Shown: positions 35,001 to 47,257 of the stretch, piece by piece | Numbering within the stretch: the stretch's first letter is position 1 | Layout of the letters: the number at the start of each line of letters is the position of its first letter | The notes under the pieces: model-generated | Told to the model about the DNA's origin: nothing | Database searches by the model: none | The model's input: the letters and a program-made list of their open reading frames with translations, nothing else | Program-made: the position numbers and the translations under genes | Assembly (NCBI RefSeq): GCF_020745735.1 | Contig: NC_083445.1 | Location: 1,488,001-1,552,000 of the forward strand | Direction: 5' to 3' | Origin: Hemiscyllium ocellatum | Lineage: Eukaryota | DNA length: 64,000 bases

Positions 35001-38000
35001 ATCCGTAAGTCATATCTCCGAATTCGTCCATCGACAGACCTAAAGCAACAGGAAGCTGTTAGGCTACACTGTAAATCAGATTATATGTGGGCACATTCAG
35101 GAAAAGGCACTCTCTTATACTCTGGTGTTGGACTGGGGTGTACAAAGTTAAAAATCACACAACACCAGGTTATAGTCCAACAGGTGTAATTGGAAGCACA
35201 CTAGCTTTCGGAGCGCCGCTCCTTCATCAGGTGATTGCTGTGTGTGTATCTGCAAGTGGGTTTCTATTTGTCATGCTGCCCTTGTTTCTGCCGTTCACTC
35301 ACCCTGACAGAATTTCATGGTCTGAAACTTTCACACTAGAAATCCCATCCTTTGCTTCATTCAGGATTTGAATAGGCTCTGAAGTCCGTGAGCGACAGTC
35401 CCAGCACCGAACCGAAGTGTCGATGGAACCTGCAAACACAGAAACATAGAAATTAGGAGTGGGCCATGCGGCCCACTTCACCATTCTAAATAATTATGGC
35501 TGGTCATCCAACTCAGCTCTCTGTTCCTGCTTTCTCCCCACAGCCTTCCAATTCTCTGGTTAGTTGAAAAGTGCACACTAACCCACCTTAAACAGTGAAT
35601 TACACAAAAAGAATCCGACTGAAATAATACAACAGGCTGAAAGGAAAGAGTGGATTCTGGATTAGTGGTGCTGGAAGAGCAAAGCAGTTCAGGCAGCATC
35701 CAACAAGCAGCGAAATCGACGTTTCGGGCAAAAGCCTTTCATCAGGAATAAAGGCAATGAGCCTGAAGCGCGGAGAGAGGAAAGTGTGGCCAATTCCTGG
35801 TCAAATCTGTACTGTCAAGGTTCCTCACAAATATCTAACTTCATCAAGTTGGACAACATAAGACACTAGCATTTAAACACACATCAGCATTGTTGGCAGT
35901 TATACTGTGCAATCCCGGGGGCTGAAAGTGGTTAAACATTCTTCTCTCTGTCCATCCCTCTGCCCACTGACATGGCAGTGCCCTATCCCTACAACCTCCT
36001 TCCTGCAGATCCCTGCCCTTTAACCTCTGCCAGCAGCCATCTGCCCATTACATGCAATGTGAAACCAGAGCACACAGACAAATGTCAAGCCTAGATTGTG
36101 AAACTTGCTGATGTGTTGCGATAGATTGCAACAAGCTAGATACAGACTGCAAATTCACTCTGCCTGGATCTTAGTGGGAGCCCTGTACTCACCTGACACA
36201 ATGACTGTCGATTCCTCATTGAACTGAACACAGTTTACTTTCTGTTTAAAACAAAGAGAAATCACAATTGGTACTTGGCTGAGAGCTGGGAAGATGGCAG
36301 TGAGCAAGAGTAGAGGAAGACAGCTGAGTGAAGGTGACATTCAACAGCTTTGAGGAGGATTCTAAATGTAGAGAGAGGGTTACAAGACCATATGATGTAG
36401 GGACACAGTTGGCCAATTTGACCCAACAAGTCTGCTCCACCATTCAATAAGATCATGGCCAAGCTGACAATCCTCAACTCCACTTCTCTGCCTATCCACC
36501 CAACCCTCAGTTCCTGACCTTTTCAATCTCTCCTCCTAAGACAGTCCCTCCATTCCTGGAACCAACTTTCTCTGCACTGCCTCCAATGCCAGTGTAAGTT
36601 TCCTTAGACAATAAAACTTCTCACAGTCTTGGGGCGGCACGGTGGCACAGTGGTTAGCACTGCTGCCTCACAGCGCCAGAGACCTGAGTTCAATTCCCGC
36701 CTCAGGCGACTGACTGTGTGGAGTTTGCACGTTCTCCCCGTGTCTGCGTGGGTTTCCTCCGGGTGCTCCGGTTTCCTCCCACAGTCCAAAGATGTGCGGG
36801 TCAGGTGAATTGGCCATGCTAAATTGCCCGTAGTGTTAGGTAAAGGGGTAAATGTAGGGGTATGGGTGGGTTGCGCTTCGGCGGGTCGGTGTGGACTTGT
36901 TGGGCCGAAGGGCCTGTTTCCACACTGTAAGTAATCTAATCTAATCTAAAAAAAAAATTCCAGCTGTGGTCTAACTAATGCCTCGCACAGTTTTAACAAG
37001 ACTTGGTATTCTTTTCCCTTTCAAATAAATATTTAGTGTTCCACTTGCCTTCCCTATTACTCTGTGAACTTGGATGCTAGCTTTTTGTGATTCATGTACA
37101 AGGATTCCCAAATCCCTCTGTGCTGCAGCTTTCTACAACCCTTCCCCCTTTAAATAATGTGCAGCTTTTCTATTCTTCCTGCCAAAATACATCACCTCAC
37201 ATTTTTCCAAATGATATATTTTTTTGCCCACCCACTGAACACGTCCGTACCTCTCTGTAAACCTCGTCATCGTCGCCACTTGGCTATTTTTGTGTCTTCT
37301 GTAAATATGGTGAGTGTACATCCATTTCCCTCATCCAAGTCATTAATATGTATTATAAATAACTGTGTCCCCAGCACTGATCCCTGTGGCACTCCACTAG
37401 TTACAGGTTGCCATGCTGAAAATGCTCAATCCCAACTTAACTGCCTTCTATTACTTAGCCAATCCTCTTACCATGCTACTATACCATGTTTAATAACAAG
37501 GGCTCTTACACCTGCTGGAAATCCCCAAATATATCTACTGGTTCCCCTTTACCTATCCTCCTTATTAACTTCCCAATTAACTGTAATACATTTGTCAGGC
37601 ACGGTATTCACTTCATGAAGCCATGCTGACTTTGTTTGATCTTGGTATGTATTTCTAAATGCTCTATTATTATATCCTTCTGTCAATCAGTCAATAGTTA
37701 TCTGTTTACTGTCTTCCTTTTTTGAATAAGGATGTTAATATTAGCAATTTTCCAATCTCTGTGACGTTCCCAGAATCTAAGGATCCTTAGAGGAGCATGA
37801 CCAGATAAACCACACTCTCTCTGTAGCTGTGTTTGAAATCTGAGGTTGCAGTTGATCAGGTCCAGGAGACATACCTGCCTTTAGCCCTATACATTTCCCG
37901 AAGACCATAAAATATAGAAGCAGTATTAAGCCATTTGATTGATTGACCTAATCTAGTCCCACCTGCCAGCACCCGGCCCATATCCCTCCAAACCCTTCCT

Positions 38001-41000
38001 ATTCATATACCCCATTTAAGCAAAACAGAATTTACTTAAACACTACAGTTGAAACGCAAACAAAAGAATTTAGAATAATTTAACTATTTGAAAACCTAAC
38101 TGACTCAATACCGCAACTTAACAAAGGAGCTGTTCCAACTCCCACAAGCACACCCCCATTAGCAAAAGGTAAATTCATACACAACTTCTAACACAGAGCG
38201 AAGTCAGCCAGGGATCATCTGCTGAAACTTGAAATCTTTTTCACTGCAGCAGCGTCTGACTGCCTGCTACAGTAAAACCAAACTAGAAAAAAACCTCAAC
38301 TGGGAGAACTGGCCAGTGCCCTGCCATTGTCAGCACCACTGTTTCTACTACCTCTCCGAAACAAAAACCAAAAAAATAACCTTGTTAAAGGAGTAGCATT
38401 GTCACAACAAAAAGAAGGTATAATTGTTGCACAATTATTTTAATAATGATGCCCAGAGTGGGACAGGAAGGAACAGAGTGTACAAGCACAAGAAAAAATC
38501 AGCAATTAGGCCAAAGCTGAAAAAAAGGTAAAATGCAAAATCAATGGCTGTTTACTTAAATTGGAACAAAATAAGTGAATTAATGTCACAAATAGAGATT
38601 AATAGATATAATCTTATCGCCATTACAGAGACATGGTTAGAAGGAGGCCAAACGTGGGAACTAAATATTCAGGCGCAGATGACAATTCCAAAATACAGGC
38701 AGGAAGGGAAGGTGGTGGAGCAGTTTTGTTACTAAGAGATGAAACAAGTGCGATAGCAAGAAATGACCTTGAATCAGACGATGTAAAATATATATGAATG
38801 ACAGTAAGATAAAATAGGGAGGTAGACGTTGGGAGAGGTAGTTAATAAGCCACTAACAGTGGCTGTAAAACAGATAACAGATCAGGAGATAATGAAGACG
38901 TGTGAAAAGGCAGTACACTAATCAGGGGTGATGTTAATATTAATGCAGATTGGGAAAATCAAATTGGCATTGGTAGCCACAAGGAAGATTGGATAGTGGA
39001 GCAGATGATCCCTGGCTGACCTCGATCTGTGTAAGAAGTTGTGTATGAATTTACCTTTTGCTAGGGGGGGGGCGTGCTTATGGGAGTTGGAACAGCTCCC
39101 TTGTTAAGTTGCGGTATTGAGTCAGTTGGGTTTTCAAATAGTTAAATTATTCTAAATTCTTTTGTTTGCGTTTCAACTGTAGTGTTTAAGTAAATTCTGT
39201 TTTGCTTAAATGGGGTATATGAATAGGAAGGGTTTGGAGGGATATGGGCCGGGTGCTGGCAGGTGGGACTAGATTGGGTTGGGATATCTGGTCGGCATGG
39301 ACGGGTTGGACTGAAGGGTCTGTTTCCAAGCTGTACATCTCTATGACTCGAAAGCCGAGTGGTTTGACCAGTTGTATCACTCCCGGAAAATCCACTTTAC
39401 ATCTGCCTTTAAAAATAAGAAAATGTTAGGGTCAGGGCTATCTTCTTAAAGTATTTTGCGGGGGTCTAGCCTGGTCCATAACATGCTCCCCACCCCTCGC
39501 CTCCTGAACCCTCTCCTCTTCTAACCAGTTTAAAGCCTCTCTCCAGCCCTAGTTACATGATTTGCCTGGACACTGGTCCCAACGTGGTTAACAATAGTGC
39601 TGCTAGTGCCCCATGACTTGAAACCATTCCTCCCCCCACACATTTAATTCCATGATTTTATTTACCCTGAGCCTGATTGCCATAGTTCAGGCGATAATCC
39701 TTATGTGGTTTTGAGTTCTTAGTTTCCAGTCCTACCAATATCACTGGTACTACGGGATCCCTGCCCTCCCACTCCAAGTTCCTGTCCAGTTTGTGGAGGT
39801 CTCCTTTATCCCAGCACTGGGCAGCATCACTGCTTTTGAGACTCAAGCTCAAGGCTGTGGAGAACTGTACCTATCCAGAATATACTGTCCTTTATCACAA
39901 CTATGTTCCTATTCCACTCCCCCCACCAACTCCCAAGCTGTCTTGGTCAGTTTGCTATTCCTCCCTGCTGTTCCACTCCCGTCCACATCCTCTTAACTGC
40001 TGGACAATTGCAGGGACAAAGGCTCCTCATGAGCTAGCCCATACCTGGCTCACCCTCATCACACCCTTCCTATTCCTGACCACACCTGGCTCACCCTCAT
40101 CACACCCTTCCTATTCCTGACCACACCTGGCTCACCCTCATCACACCCTTCCTATTCCTGACCACACCTGGCTCACCTATAATCACACCCTTCCTATTCC
40201 TGACCACACCTGGCTCACCTATAATCACACCCTTCCTATTCCTGACCACAAACCAATTAATCTAAAGGTGTGACCACCCTCTGGAGAAACATCCAGGTTA
40301 CTTTCCCACTCTCTGCAACTCAGACTTCAGCTCCTCAACTCATATCTCAAGTAGCTTAAGCTGCAAACACTTGCCACAATCTGGTGGGACAATATGAGGT
40401 GAAGGAGTGAAGATTACAGGCAGATTGACTGATCACAGTAGCAGGAGAGAGCAAACGATCAGTATGTTGACTGTCCCCCCATTTCTGTGTCTGCCCCCAG
40501 CACAATCCCACTTACAACAGGGAACACCATGGATTGTTGATACCTCAAGATTTTCCAGTGCTCCATTCATTTACCAAACAGCTTTCTTACCCCTCCGTGA
40601 CCCCGGAATTTCCGGACCAGCTGTCCTGTAGCCACGTCCCACAGGACAACAGTTTTATCGGATCCACACGAGCAAATCTGGCTATTATCACAGGAGCTGG
40701 GAGAGATGAGAAATCAGAGTATGAGTCAATGAAAGGGAACCTGTAGCAGGAAGATGCAAAAATCCTCAGCACGATGCTTCCCTCCCCCCTCCCCAAGATC
40801 CCACACAAGGGCAAAGGTCATCGACTGGATGACCAACTGACCCTGAAGGCAAAGAGCATGAATTCACAGGTTGGGGATTGGGGGGGGGGGGGGGGGAATC
40901 ACATCAATATCAAAGCTATTAGAAATGTAAAAAGGTAAACCAGTATTTCATGGTACGTAAAATTAACCAGTTCAGTAAACAAGGCCATTCAGTCCATCAA

Positions 41001-42626
41001 CAGCTTTGTCAATGCCTTGCTGTCGAAGTTGTGCCTCTTGGAGATACTGTCAACACCTGGTGGACAGGGTGACTACGTGGGAATGGGCCACCAGGCCAGG
41101 GAAAGCATCCTGAAGTGATTGGTGCAACTGCTGATACTCACAAATGCTGAACGGAGTGGAATGTGCAAACAGTATATCTTTATACTTCCTGTAAATCTAA
41201 TCTTCACACAGTGTGCACATTGACTCCAAGAAGGAAACATTTAAAAACACAGAAGTGAAGATGTGATTTGGTGCAGTAGTATGACAATGTGGCCTTACCC
41301 AGCAGCATCCAGAACCTCATATCCATGGCCACTGTAGGTCTTTAGGATGATTCCTCGATGTGGATTCCATAGTTTTAGAGATTTGTCACTACCACAGGTT
41401 AAACAGTAATTTCCATCCACTAGACAGAACACAGACAACAGCTAAGTAACTGGTCGAGAATCACATCCCCGCTAGACTGGATCTAAATGCCATCCAAATA
41501 CATGGCACACAAGTGGATCATAATTTTTAGAAATAGAGTCATAGAGATGTACAGCACCGAAGCAGACCCTTTGGTCCAACTCGTCCATGCTGACCAGATA
41601 TCCTAATGAGTCTAGTCCCATTTGCCAGCATTTGACACATATCCCTCTAAACTCTTCCTATTCGTGTACTCATCCAGATTCCTTCTAAATGTTGTAATTG
41701 TACCAGCCTCCACCATTTCCTCGGGCAGTTTGTTCTACACACACTCCAAGCTGTGTAAAAAAAAAAGTGCTTCTTGAGTCCCTTTTATATCTTTCCCCTC
41801 TCACCTTAAACCTATGCCCTCTAGTTTTGGACTCCCCCACCCTGAGAAAAAGACCTTGGCTATTCACCCTATCAATGCCCCCAATGCTTTTATAAGCCTC
41901 TATAAGGTCACCCCTCAGCCTCCAACACTCCACGGAAAATAAACCTAGCCTGTTCAGCCTCTTCGGGGGGGGGGGCAATGTGGTGCGGGAAGGTGGGGGG
42001 AAGGTGGAGGAGGGTGTGTGGGGGAGGGGAGGGATGCAGGGAAGGGGGTGCGCAGGGAGGGGTATGTAATGAGGGGGTGTGCAGGGAGGGGGGTGTAATG
42101 GGGAGGGGGTGTAATTAGGGGGTGTGCAGGGAGGGGGTATAATTAGGGGGTTGTGTGTGGGGGTGTAGTGGGGAGGGGGGTGTAGTAGGGAGGGGGGGTG
42201 TAGTGGGGGGTGTGCAGGGAGGGTGGAGTGTAATGGGGAGGGGGTGTGTGCAGGGAGGGGGGGTGTAATGGGGGGGTTGTGTGGGGGTGGTGTAATGGGA
42301 GGGGTGGGCGGGGGGAGGGGGTTGGTGGGGGTGTGTGTGCAGGGAGGGTGGGGGGTAGTGGGGGGTGTGCAGGGTGGGGGGGGGGGTGTCTAAGGGATGT
42401 TTGGTCCTCCAGCCGTTGGCGGCGCTGTCCCGGTCCGTGAGGAAGCGAGCCGAGCCCGGGGCGGGGCGGGTACAGAAGGAGGCGGGGCCCGGGCCCAGGC
42501 CCAGCGGAGGAGGAGGCGGTTACCATTGAAGCGGACGGCTCGGACGGCGCGCTGTCCGCTTGAGAAACTCCGGAGCCGGGTCCTCGGGAAACGCGGGGCC
42601 TGAGGCCGAGGGGCCGGAAACGCCAT
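32086..42626 (-). CDS. WDR83: WD repeat protein 83 (MORG1), 316 aa
   Basis: Exons 42626-42524, 41419-41299, 40696-40591, 36241-36193, 35429-35303, 35039-34972, 34754-34646, 33386-33272 and 32238-32086 (951 nt, GT-AG). Translation [81 protein letters not shown] matches human WDR83. Confidence 0.97.
32455..32630 (-). mobile_element. Degraded DeuSINE 5' part
   Basis: CTCTGACTGTGCAGCCCTCCCTGA..CACTGAGCC is the reverse complement of the SINE head/Deu start (recalled consensus). Confidence 0.4.
33462..33753 (+). mobile_element. HE1 SINE (older copy)
   Basis: Diverged head, V-domain and GGAATCTAATCTA tail. Confidence 0.85.
35148..35234 (-). ncRNA. Short PLE-derived repeat carrying a minimal hammerhead ribozyme (sense to WDR83, intron 5)
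   Basis: Minus strand 35233-35198 reads CAC-CTGATGA-A-GGAGC-GGC-GCTCC-GAAA-GCTA-GTG, with a perfect 5-bp stem II and a palindromic AGCT stem III. Confidence 0.6.
35655..35780 (-). mobile_element. PLE terminal fragment with damaged hammerhead motif (WDR83 intron 4)
   Basis: Minus strand reads ATTC-CTGATGA-A-AGGC-TTTT-GCCC-GAAA-CGTC-GATT. Same family as 43890-44455. Confidence 0.7.
36631..36957 (+). mobile_element. HE1 SINE, young full-length copy
   Basis: Intact head, V-domain, (TAATC)n and A tail. Confidence 0.92.
37946..39279. repeat. ~280-bp inverted duplication (37946-38223 vs 39000-39279)
   Basis: For example CATTTAAGCAAAACAGAATTTACTTAAACACTACAGTTGAAACGCAAAC is the reverse complement of GTTTGCGTTTCAACTGTAGTGTTTAAGTAAATTCTGTTTTGCTTAAATG. 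Confidence 0.92.
40040..40250. repeat. 41-42-bp tandem repeat, ~5 copies
   Basis: CACACCTGGCTCACCCTCATCACACCCTTCCTATTCCTGAC repeated. Confidence 0.9.
41533..41962 (-). mobile_element. CR1/HER1-type LINE 3' fragment
   Basis: Minus [41 protein letters not shown] plus 3' UTR. Confidence 0.85.
41963..42390. repeat. G-rich low-complexity tract in WDR83 intron 1
   Basis: GGGAGGGGGGTGTAAT / GTGTGCAGGGAGGG units. Confidence 0.85.
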
Positions 42627-42730
42627 CACGGAGTGACTTCCGGTTCCGGGTGAAGGGTCGGGGGCAAGATGGCGGATCCGCGGCGGCCCAACAAAGTTCT
42701 GAGGTAAATATCCCGGAGAGCGAGAGGGAT
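42400..42730. promoter_or_regulatory. Shared CpG-island bidirectional promoter of WDR83 and WDR83OS
   Basis: High CpG density. GC box GGGGCGGGGC at ~42458, ETS sites ACTTCCGG (42636) and CCGGAA, and a YY1-type CAAGATGGCGG overlapping the WDR83OS ATG. Confidence 0.75.
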
Positions 42731-45700
42731 CCCTCACAGTCACAGGGTCATAGGGTCACAGGGTCACGGGGTCATGGGGTCATAGAGTCACAGGGTCATG
42801 GGGTCATAGGGTCACAGGGTCACAGGGTCATAGAGATGTACAGCACGGACACAGACCCTTCGGTCCAACCCGTCCATGCTGACCCAGATACCCCAACCCA
42901 ATCTAGTCCCACCTGCCAGCACCCGGCCCCTCTCCCTCCAAACCCTTCCTAGTCATATACCCATCCAGATGCCTCTTAAATGTTGTCATTGTACCAGCCT
43001 CCACCACTTCCTCTGGCAGCTCATTCCATACACGTACCACCCTCTGGGGGAAAGAGTTGCCCCTTAGGTCTCTTTTATATCTTTCCCCTCTCACCCTAAA
43101 CCTATGCCCCTCTAGTTCTGGACTCACCAACCCCAGAGAAAAGACCTTGTCTGTTTACCCTATCCATTCCTCTCATAATTTTGTAAACCTCTATAAGGTC
43201 ACCCCTCAGCCTCTGACGCTCCAGGGAAAACAGCCCCAGCCTGTTCAGCCTCTCCCTGTAGCTCAGATCCTCCAACCCTGGCAACATTATTGTAAATCTT
43301 TTCTGAACCGTTTCAAGTTTCACAACATCTTCCCCATCGGAAGGAGACCAGAATTGCACACAATATTCCAACAGTGGCCGAACCAATGTCCTGTACAGCC
43401 GCAACATGACCCTCCCAACTCCTGTACTCAATACTCTGACCAATAAAGGAAAGCACCTTTTGCACTGTCCTATCTACCTGGGCCTTTCAAGGAGCTATGA
43501 ACCTGCACTCCAAGGTCTCTCTGTTCAGCATACATCCTCAGGACCTTCCCATTAAGTGTCTGAGTCCTGCCCTGATTTGCCTTTGCAAAATGCAGCATCT
43601 CACATTTAACTAAATTAAACTCCATCTGTCACTGCTCAGCCCATTGGCCCATTTCATCAAAATCCCATTGTATTCTGAGGTAACCTTCTTCACTGTCTAC
43701 TATACCTCAAATTTTGGGGTCATCTGCAAATCTACTAACTATGTTCACATCCATATCGTTTATATAAATGACAAAAAGCAGTGGATCCAGCACCAATCCT
43801 TGTGGCACACTATTAGTCACAGGCTTCTACTCTGAAAAGCAACCCTCTACTACCATCCTCTATCTTGTACCTTTGAGCCAGTTCTGAATCCTGGATTAGA
43901 ATGGTGCTGGAGGAGCCAGGAAAATCGACGTTTTGGTCAAACGCCCTTCATCAGGAATACAGGCACAGTGCCTGAAGAGTGGAGAGATAAATGAGAGGAG
44001 GGTAGGGAAAAAGTAGTATAGAATACAATAGGTGAATGGGGTTGGGGATGAAGGTGATAAGTCAGGGAGGAGGGTAGGGAAAGGTAGCAAAGAGTACAAT
44101 GGGTGGATGGGGTGGGATGTAAGTGATAGGTCAGAGAGGAGGGTGGAGTGGATAGATGAAAAGGAAGATAGGCAGGTAGGACGAGTCATGGGGACAGTGC
44201 TGAGCTGGAAGTTTGGAACTGGGTGAGGTTGGGGAAGGAGAAATGAGGAAACTGGTGAAGTCCACAATGATGCCCTGGGTTGAAGTGTTCCGAGGCGAAA
44301 GATGAGGCGTTCTTCCTCCAGGCATCGGGTGGTGAGGGAGTGACAGTGAAGGAAGCCCAGGACTGCCATGTCCTCGGCAGAGTGGGAGGGGGAGTTGAAA
44401 TGTTGTACCACAGGACGGTGTGGTTGATTGGTGCGGGTGTCCCAGAGATGTTCCCTCATTTTAGTACTGGTGGGGACAGGTCTGTCACTATAACACTCGG
44501 GTACAGTATTGGCGGGGACAGGTCTGTCTCTGTATGACACTAGTTTACAGTATCTGGGAGACAAGTTTGTCTTTGTTTAACTGTGGGCTATACAGTTTAT
44601 ATTGTTTTATTTGTCTTTCAAGCTTTAATCCCTGAATCATGATGTTTAATTGCAGGTACAAACCACCAGCCAGTGATAATAATCCAACACTGGAGGATCC
44701 AACTCCGGATTATATGAACCTATTGGGGATGATCTTCAGCATGTGTGGGCTGATGTTAAAGGTACTTCTCACCCACCCTTTCAGTGTCTGTTCAGTTTGA
44801 GTGACTATAACGGGATTATACAGTCTGACACTTTGACCCACACAGCCAACACAAAATAGAATAACTGGCTTTGACTTTGGTGGTGTCTAGTGGTTTTTGG
44901 GATGTGAGTGGTATTGTATTGTTGGCTGTGTCTGGCATTGGTTATATCTCAGGGTCTGACTGCTGTCTTGCTTGTTCTCCCTCTAGTTGAAGTGGTGTGC
45001 CTGGATTGCTGTTTATTGCTCTTTTATCAGCTTTGCAAACTCCCGCAGTTCTGAAGACACAAAGCAAATGATGAGCAGTTTCATGTAAGTGAAACATTTT
45101 CTTATTAAACTAATTCAGTTCATCTCAAAACACAACAAACAGTTCTCAGTCTGTCATGTACTTCTAGTATCTGCTGTATTCTAGAAAATAACACAGACTG
45201 TTCATGCAGAGCACAGGAGGATCCCCCACAATACAATTAGAAACATAAACGATACATCTGGGTTAGATTGTGCTGATTTGACACAAACATATTGACCCCA
45301 GAGAAGGATCTTCTACCGTTTATGTTCCACGAGTGGCCCTCGATGATTTAGAGACTTGATGTTGATTAACATCTCATATGAAAGATTGCGTTTCTAATAG
45401 TGCAGTGCGCCCTCATTACCTACACTTGGCGGTCCCTCAGCGCCGACCCTCCGACAGTGCGGCGCTCCCTCAGCGCCGACCCTCCGACAGTGCGGCGCTC
45501 CCTCAGCGCCGGCCCTCCGACAGTGCGGCGCTCCCTCAGCGCCGGCCCTCCGACAGTGCGGCGCTCCCTCAGCGCCGGCCCTCCGACAGTGCGGCGCTCC
45601 CTCAGCGCTGGCCCTCCGACAGCTTGACATTTACAGATAGGTTGCTGGTTTTACAGCTGGGCTGTGGTGAGGACAATGGAGCCTCAAGGATGAAAGGGAG

Positions 45701-45909
45701 GGTAAGGAGCTTGAGTTGATTAGATAGGGGAGAAGTGAAGCAGGATTTTGTTCTAGTGTTGCAAGATGAAGATCGTCTTTGTGATGTGGTTAGCAATAAG
45801 TTCCTGCTGTAATCCCTGACATTTCACCACCTTGTTTTTCAGGTTGTCAATTTCAGCAGTGGTGATGTCGTACCTGCAAAACCCACAGCCCATGTCTCCA
45901 CCATGGTAA
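42669..45909 (+). CDS. WDR83OS: Asterix / PAT complex subunit, 101 aa
   Basis: Exons 42669-42703, 44656-44761, 44987-45084 and 45843-45909 give [101 protein letters not shown]. Confidence 0.97.
42736..43888 (-). mobile_element. CR1/HER1-type LINE 3' ~1.1 kb with an expanded 9-bp tail repeat, just inside WDR83OS intron 1
   Basis: Minus [37 protein letters not shown]. Tail (AGGGTCACA/AGGGTCATA)n at 42736-42833. Confidence 0.88.
43890..44455 (-). mobile_element. Penelope-like element fragment (GIY-YIG C-terminus + terminal repeat)
   Basis: Minus [42 protein letters not shown]; decayed hammerhead at ~43924-43958. Confidence 0.82.
45434..45622 (-). repeat. 33-bp DeuSINE-derived minisatellite, ~6 copies
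   Basis: CCCTCAGCGCCGGCCCTCCGACAGTGCGGCGCT units, preceded by a Deu-like TTAACATCTCATATGAAAGA. Confidence 0.88.
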
Positions 45910-46322
45910 TGGACTGGGCCACCCCCACATCACCATGGTAATGGACTGGGCCACCCCCACATCACCATGGTAATGGACTGGGCCACCCCCACTTTACCAT
46001 GGTAATGGACTGGGCCACCCCCACTTTACCATGGTAATGGACTGGGCCACCCCCACATCACCATGGTAATGGACTGGGCCAGCCCCACATCACCATGGAA
46101 ATGGACTGGGCCAGCCCCACTTCACCATGGTAATGGACTGGGCCACCCCCACATCACCATGGTAATGGACTGGTCCACCCCCACATCACCATGGTAATGG
46201 ACTGGGCCAGCCCCACATCACCATGGTAATGGACTGGGCCAGCCCCACATCACCATGGTAATGGACTGGTCCACCCCCACATCACCATGGTAATGGACTG
46301 GGCCAGCCCCACATCACCATGG
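45901..46322 (+). repeat. 32-bp minisatellite, 13 copies, starting on the last codons and stop of WDR83OS
   Basis: Unit CCATGGTAATGGACTGGGCCACCCCCACATCA with exact 32-bp periodicity from 45901 to 46317. Confidence 0.95.
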
Positions 46323-47242
46323 TCTCAGGCCATGTCATGACCACACCACCATGGTCATGGCCAGGGCCGTGCCCACGTCTCTATGGTCATGGCCCTGGGC
46401 CAATGATCCAGCAACCCCCCGACTGCCCCACCTCTCCCATATCATCATACCATGTCAATGGCTCAGACCCCATGCTTAGTCTGATTGTGATAATGGCACA
46501 GACCTGTAATCACTTCTCTGTTATTGCCATGGTATTAGCTCAAGAACCTCCCCATCTTATATTACCATGGCAATAGGGCGCCCCATCCCTCCCAGTAATG
46601 GCTGGCACCATAACTGGTACACGCACTCCCCTCCCACTGTTGCACCTCTTTGTCCCTTGGTAACCTCGCCCTCTGCAGGACTCAACGACAATCACAGGAC
46701 TCCTGCTTTGCCCTTCCTGGATGTTACAATGAAGATCAAGGGAAAGCTGTCATTGCTGAAGAAATAACTGAAATTACCTTTGGTTATTCTGAAATATATC
46801 AGCTATACAATTTATTGAAATTGTGACTATTGATTGAAGCATGTGGAGAAGCCGTGACCAGACCTCTGAGACCTGTCTGTGTAAAGTTTTCTGATCTGGG
46901 GTCTGACCACAATTGGAAACTGATTTGCTATTTTCAACCAGGATCCTAGCACCAGCTCCCACCAAGTACCAGGTTGTCCCTTAATATGTCACTTTTATAC
47001 AACTTTGCAAGAACTCTCATGAGAATTTGATTTAACGAGCAACTCATAACTGAAACTACACACCAGTCTGAAGTAGCAGCAGAAGCAAGTTGTCCAATTC
47101 ACTTGGCAATACTAATTCATCTAAATAAGATATTTCACCAGGTCAGTTTCCTAAAAGTCGCTTGATTCTTGTTGCATTGTTTTAAGATTCTTACTTTGTG
47201 AGTGTCTCTCTTGGCAACAAATAGATGTACAAGATCTCACCG

Positions 47243-47257
47243 AATAAAGAAAATAAA
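47243..47257 (+). terminator. Probable WDR83OS polyadenylation signals
   Basis: Two AATAAA followed by a GT/T-rich tract (TTTGTGTCTTTGTTTTTTTT). Confidence 0.6.

Larger units (their letters stand above)
36380..40380 (-). mobile_element. Old long CR1 LINE in WDR83 intron 3, interrupted by a SINE, an LTR-like element and an internal inversion
   Basis: 3' UTR at ~36390-36480 and RT remnants at 37100-37650 (CCCAGCACTGATCCCTGTGGCACTCCACTAGT) are on the minus strand. The APE segment ([11 protein letters not shown]) at 38540-39000 is on the plus strand. ORF1-like remnants lie beyond 39490. Boundaries approximate. Confidence 0.6.
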
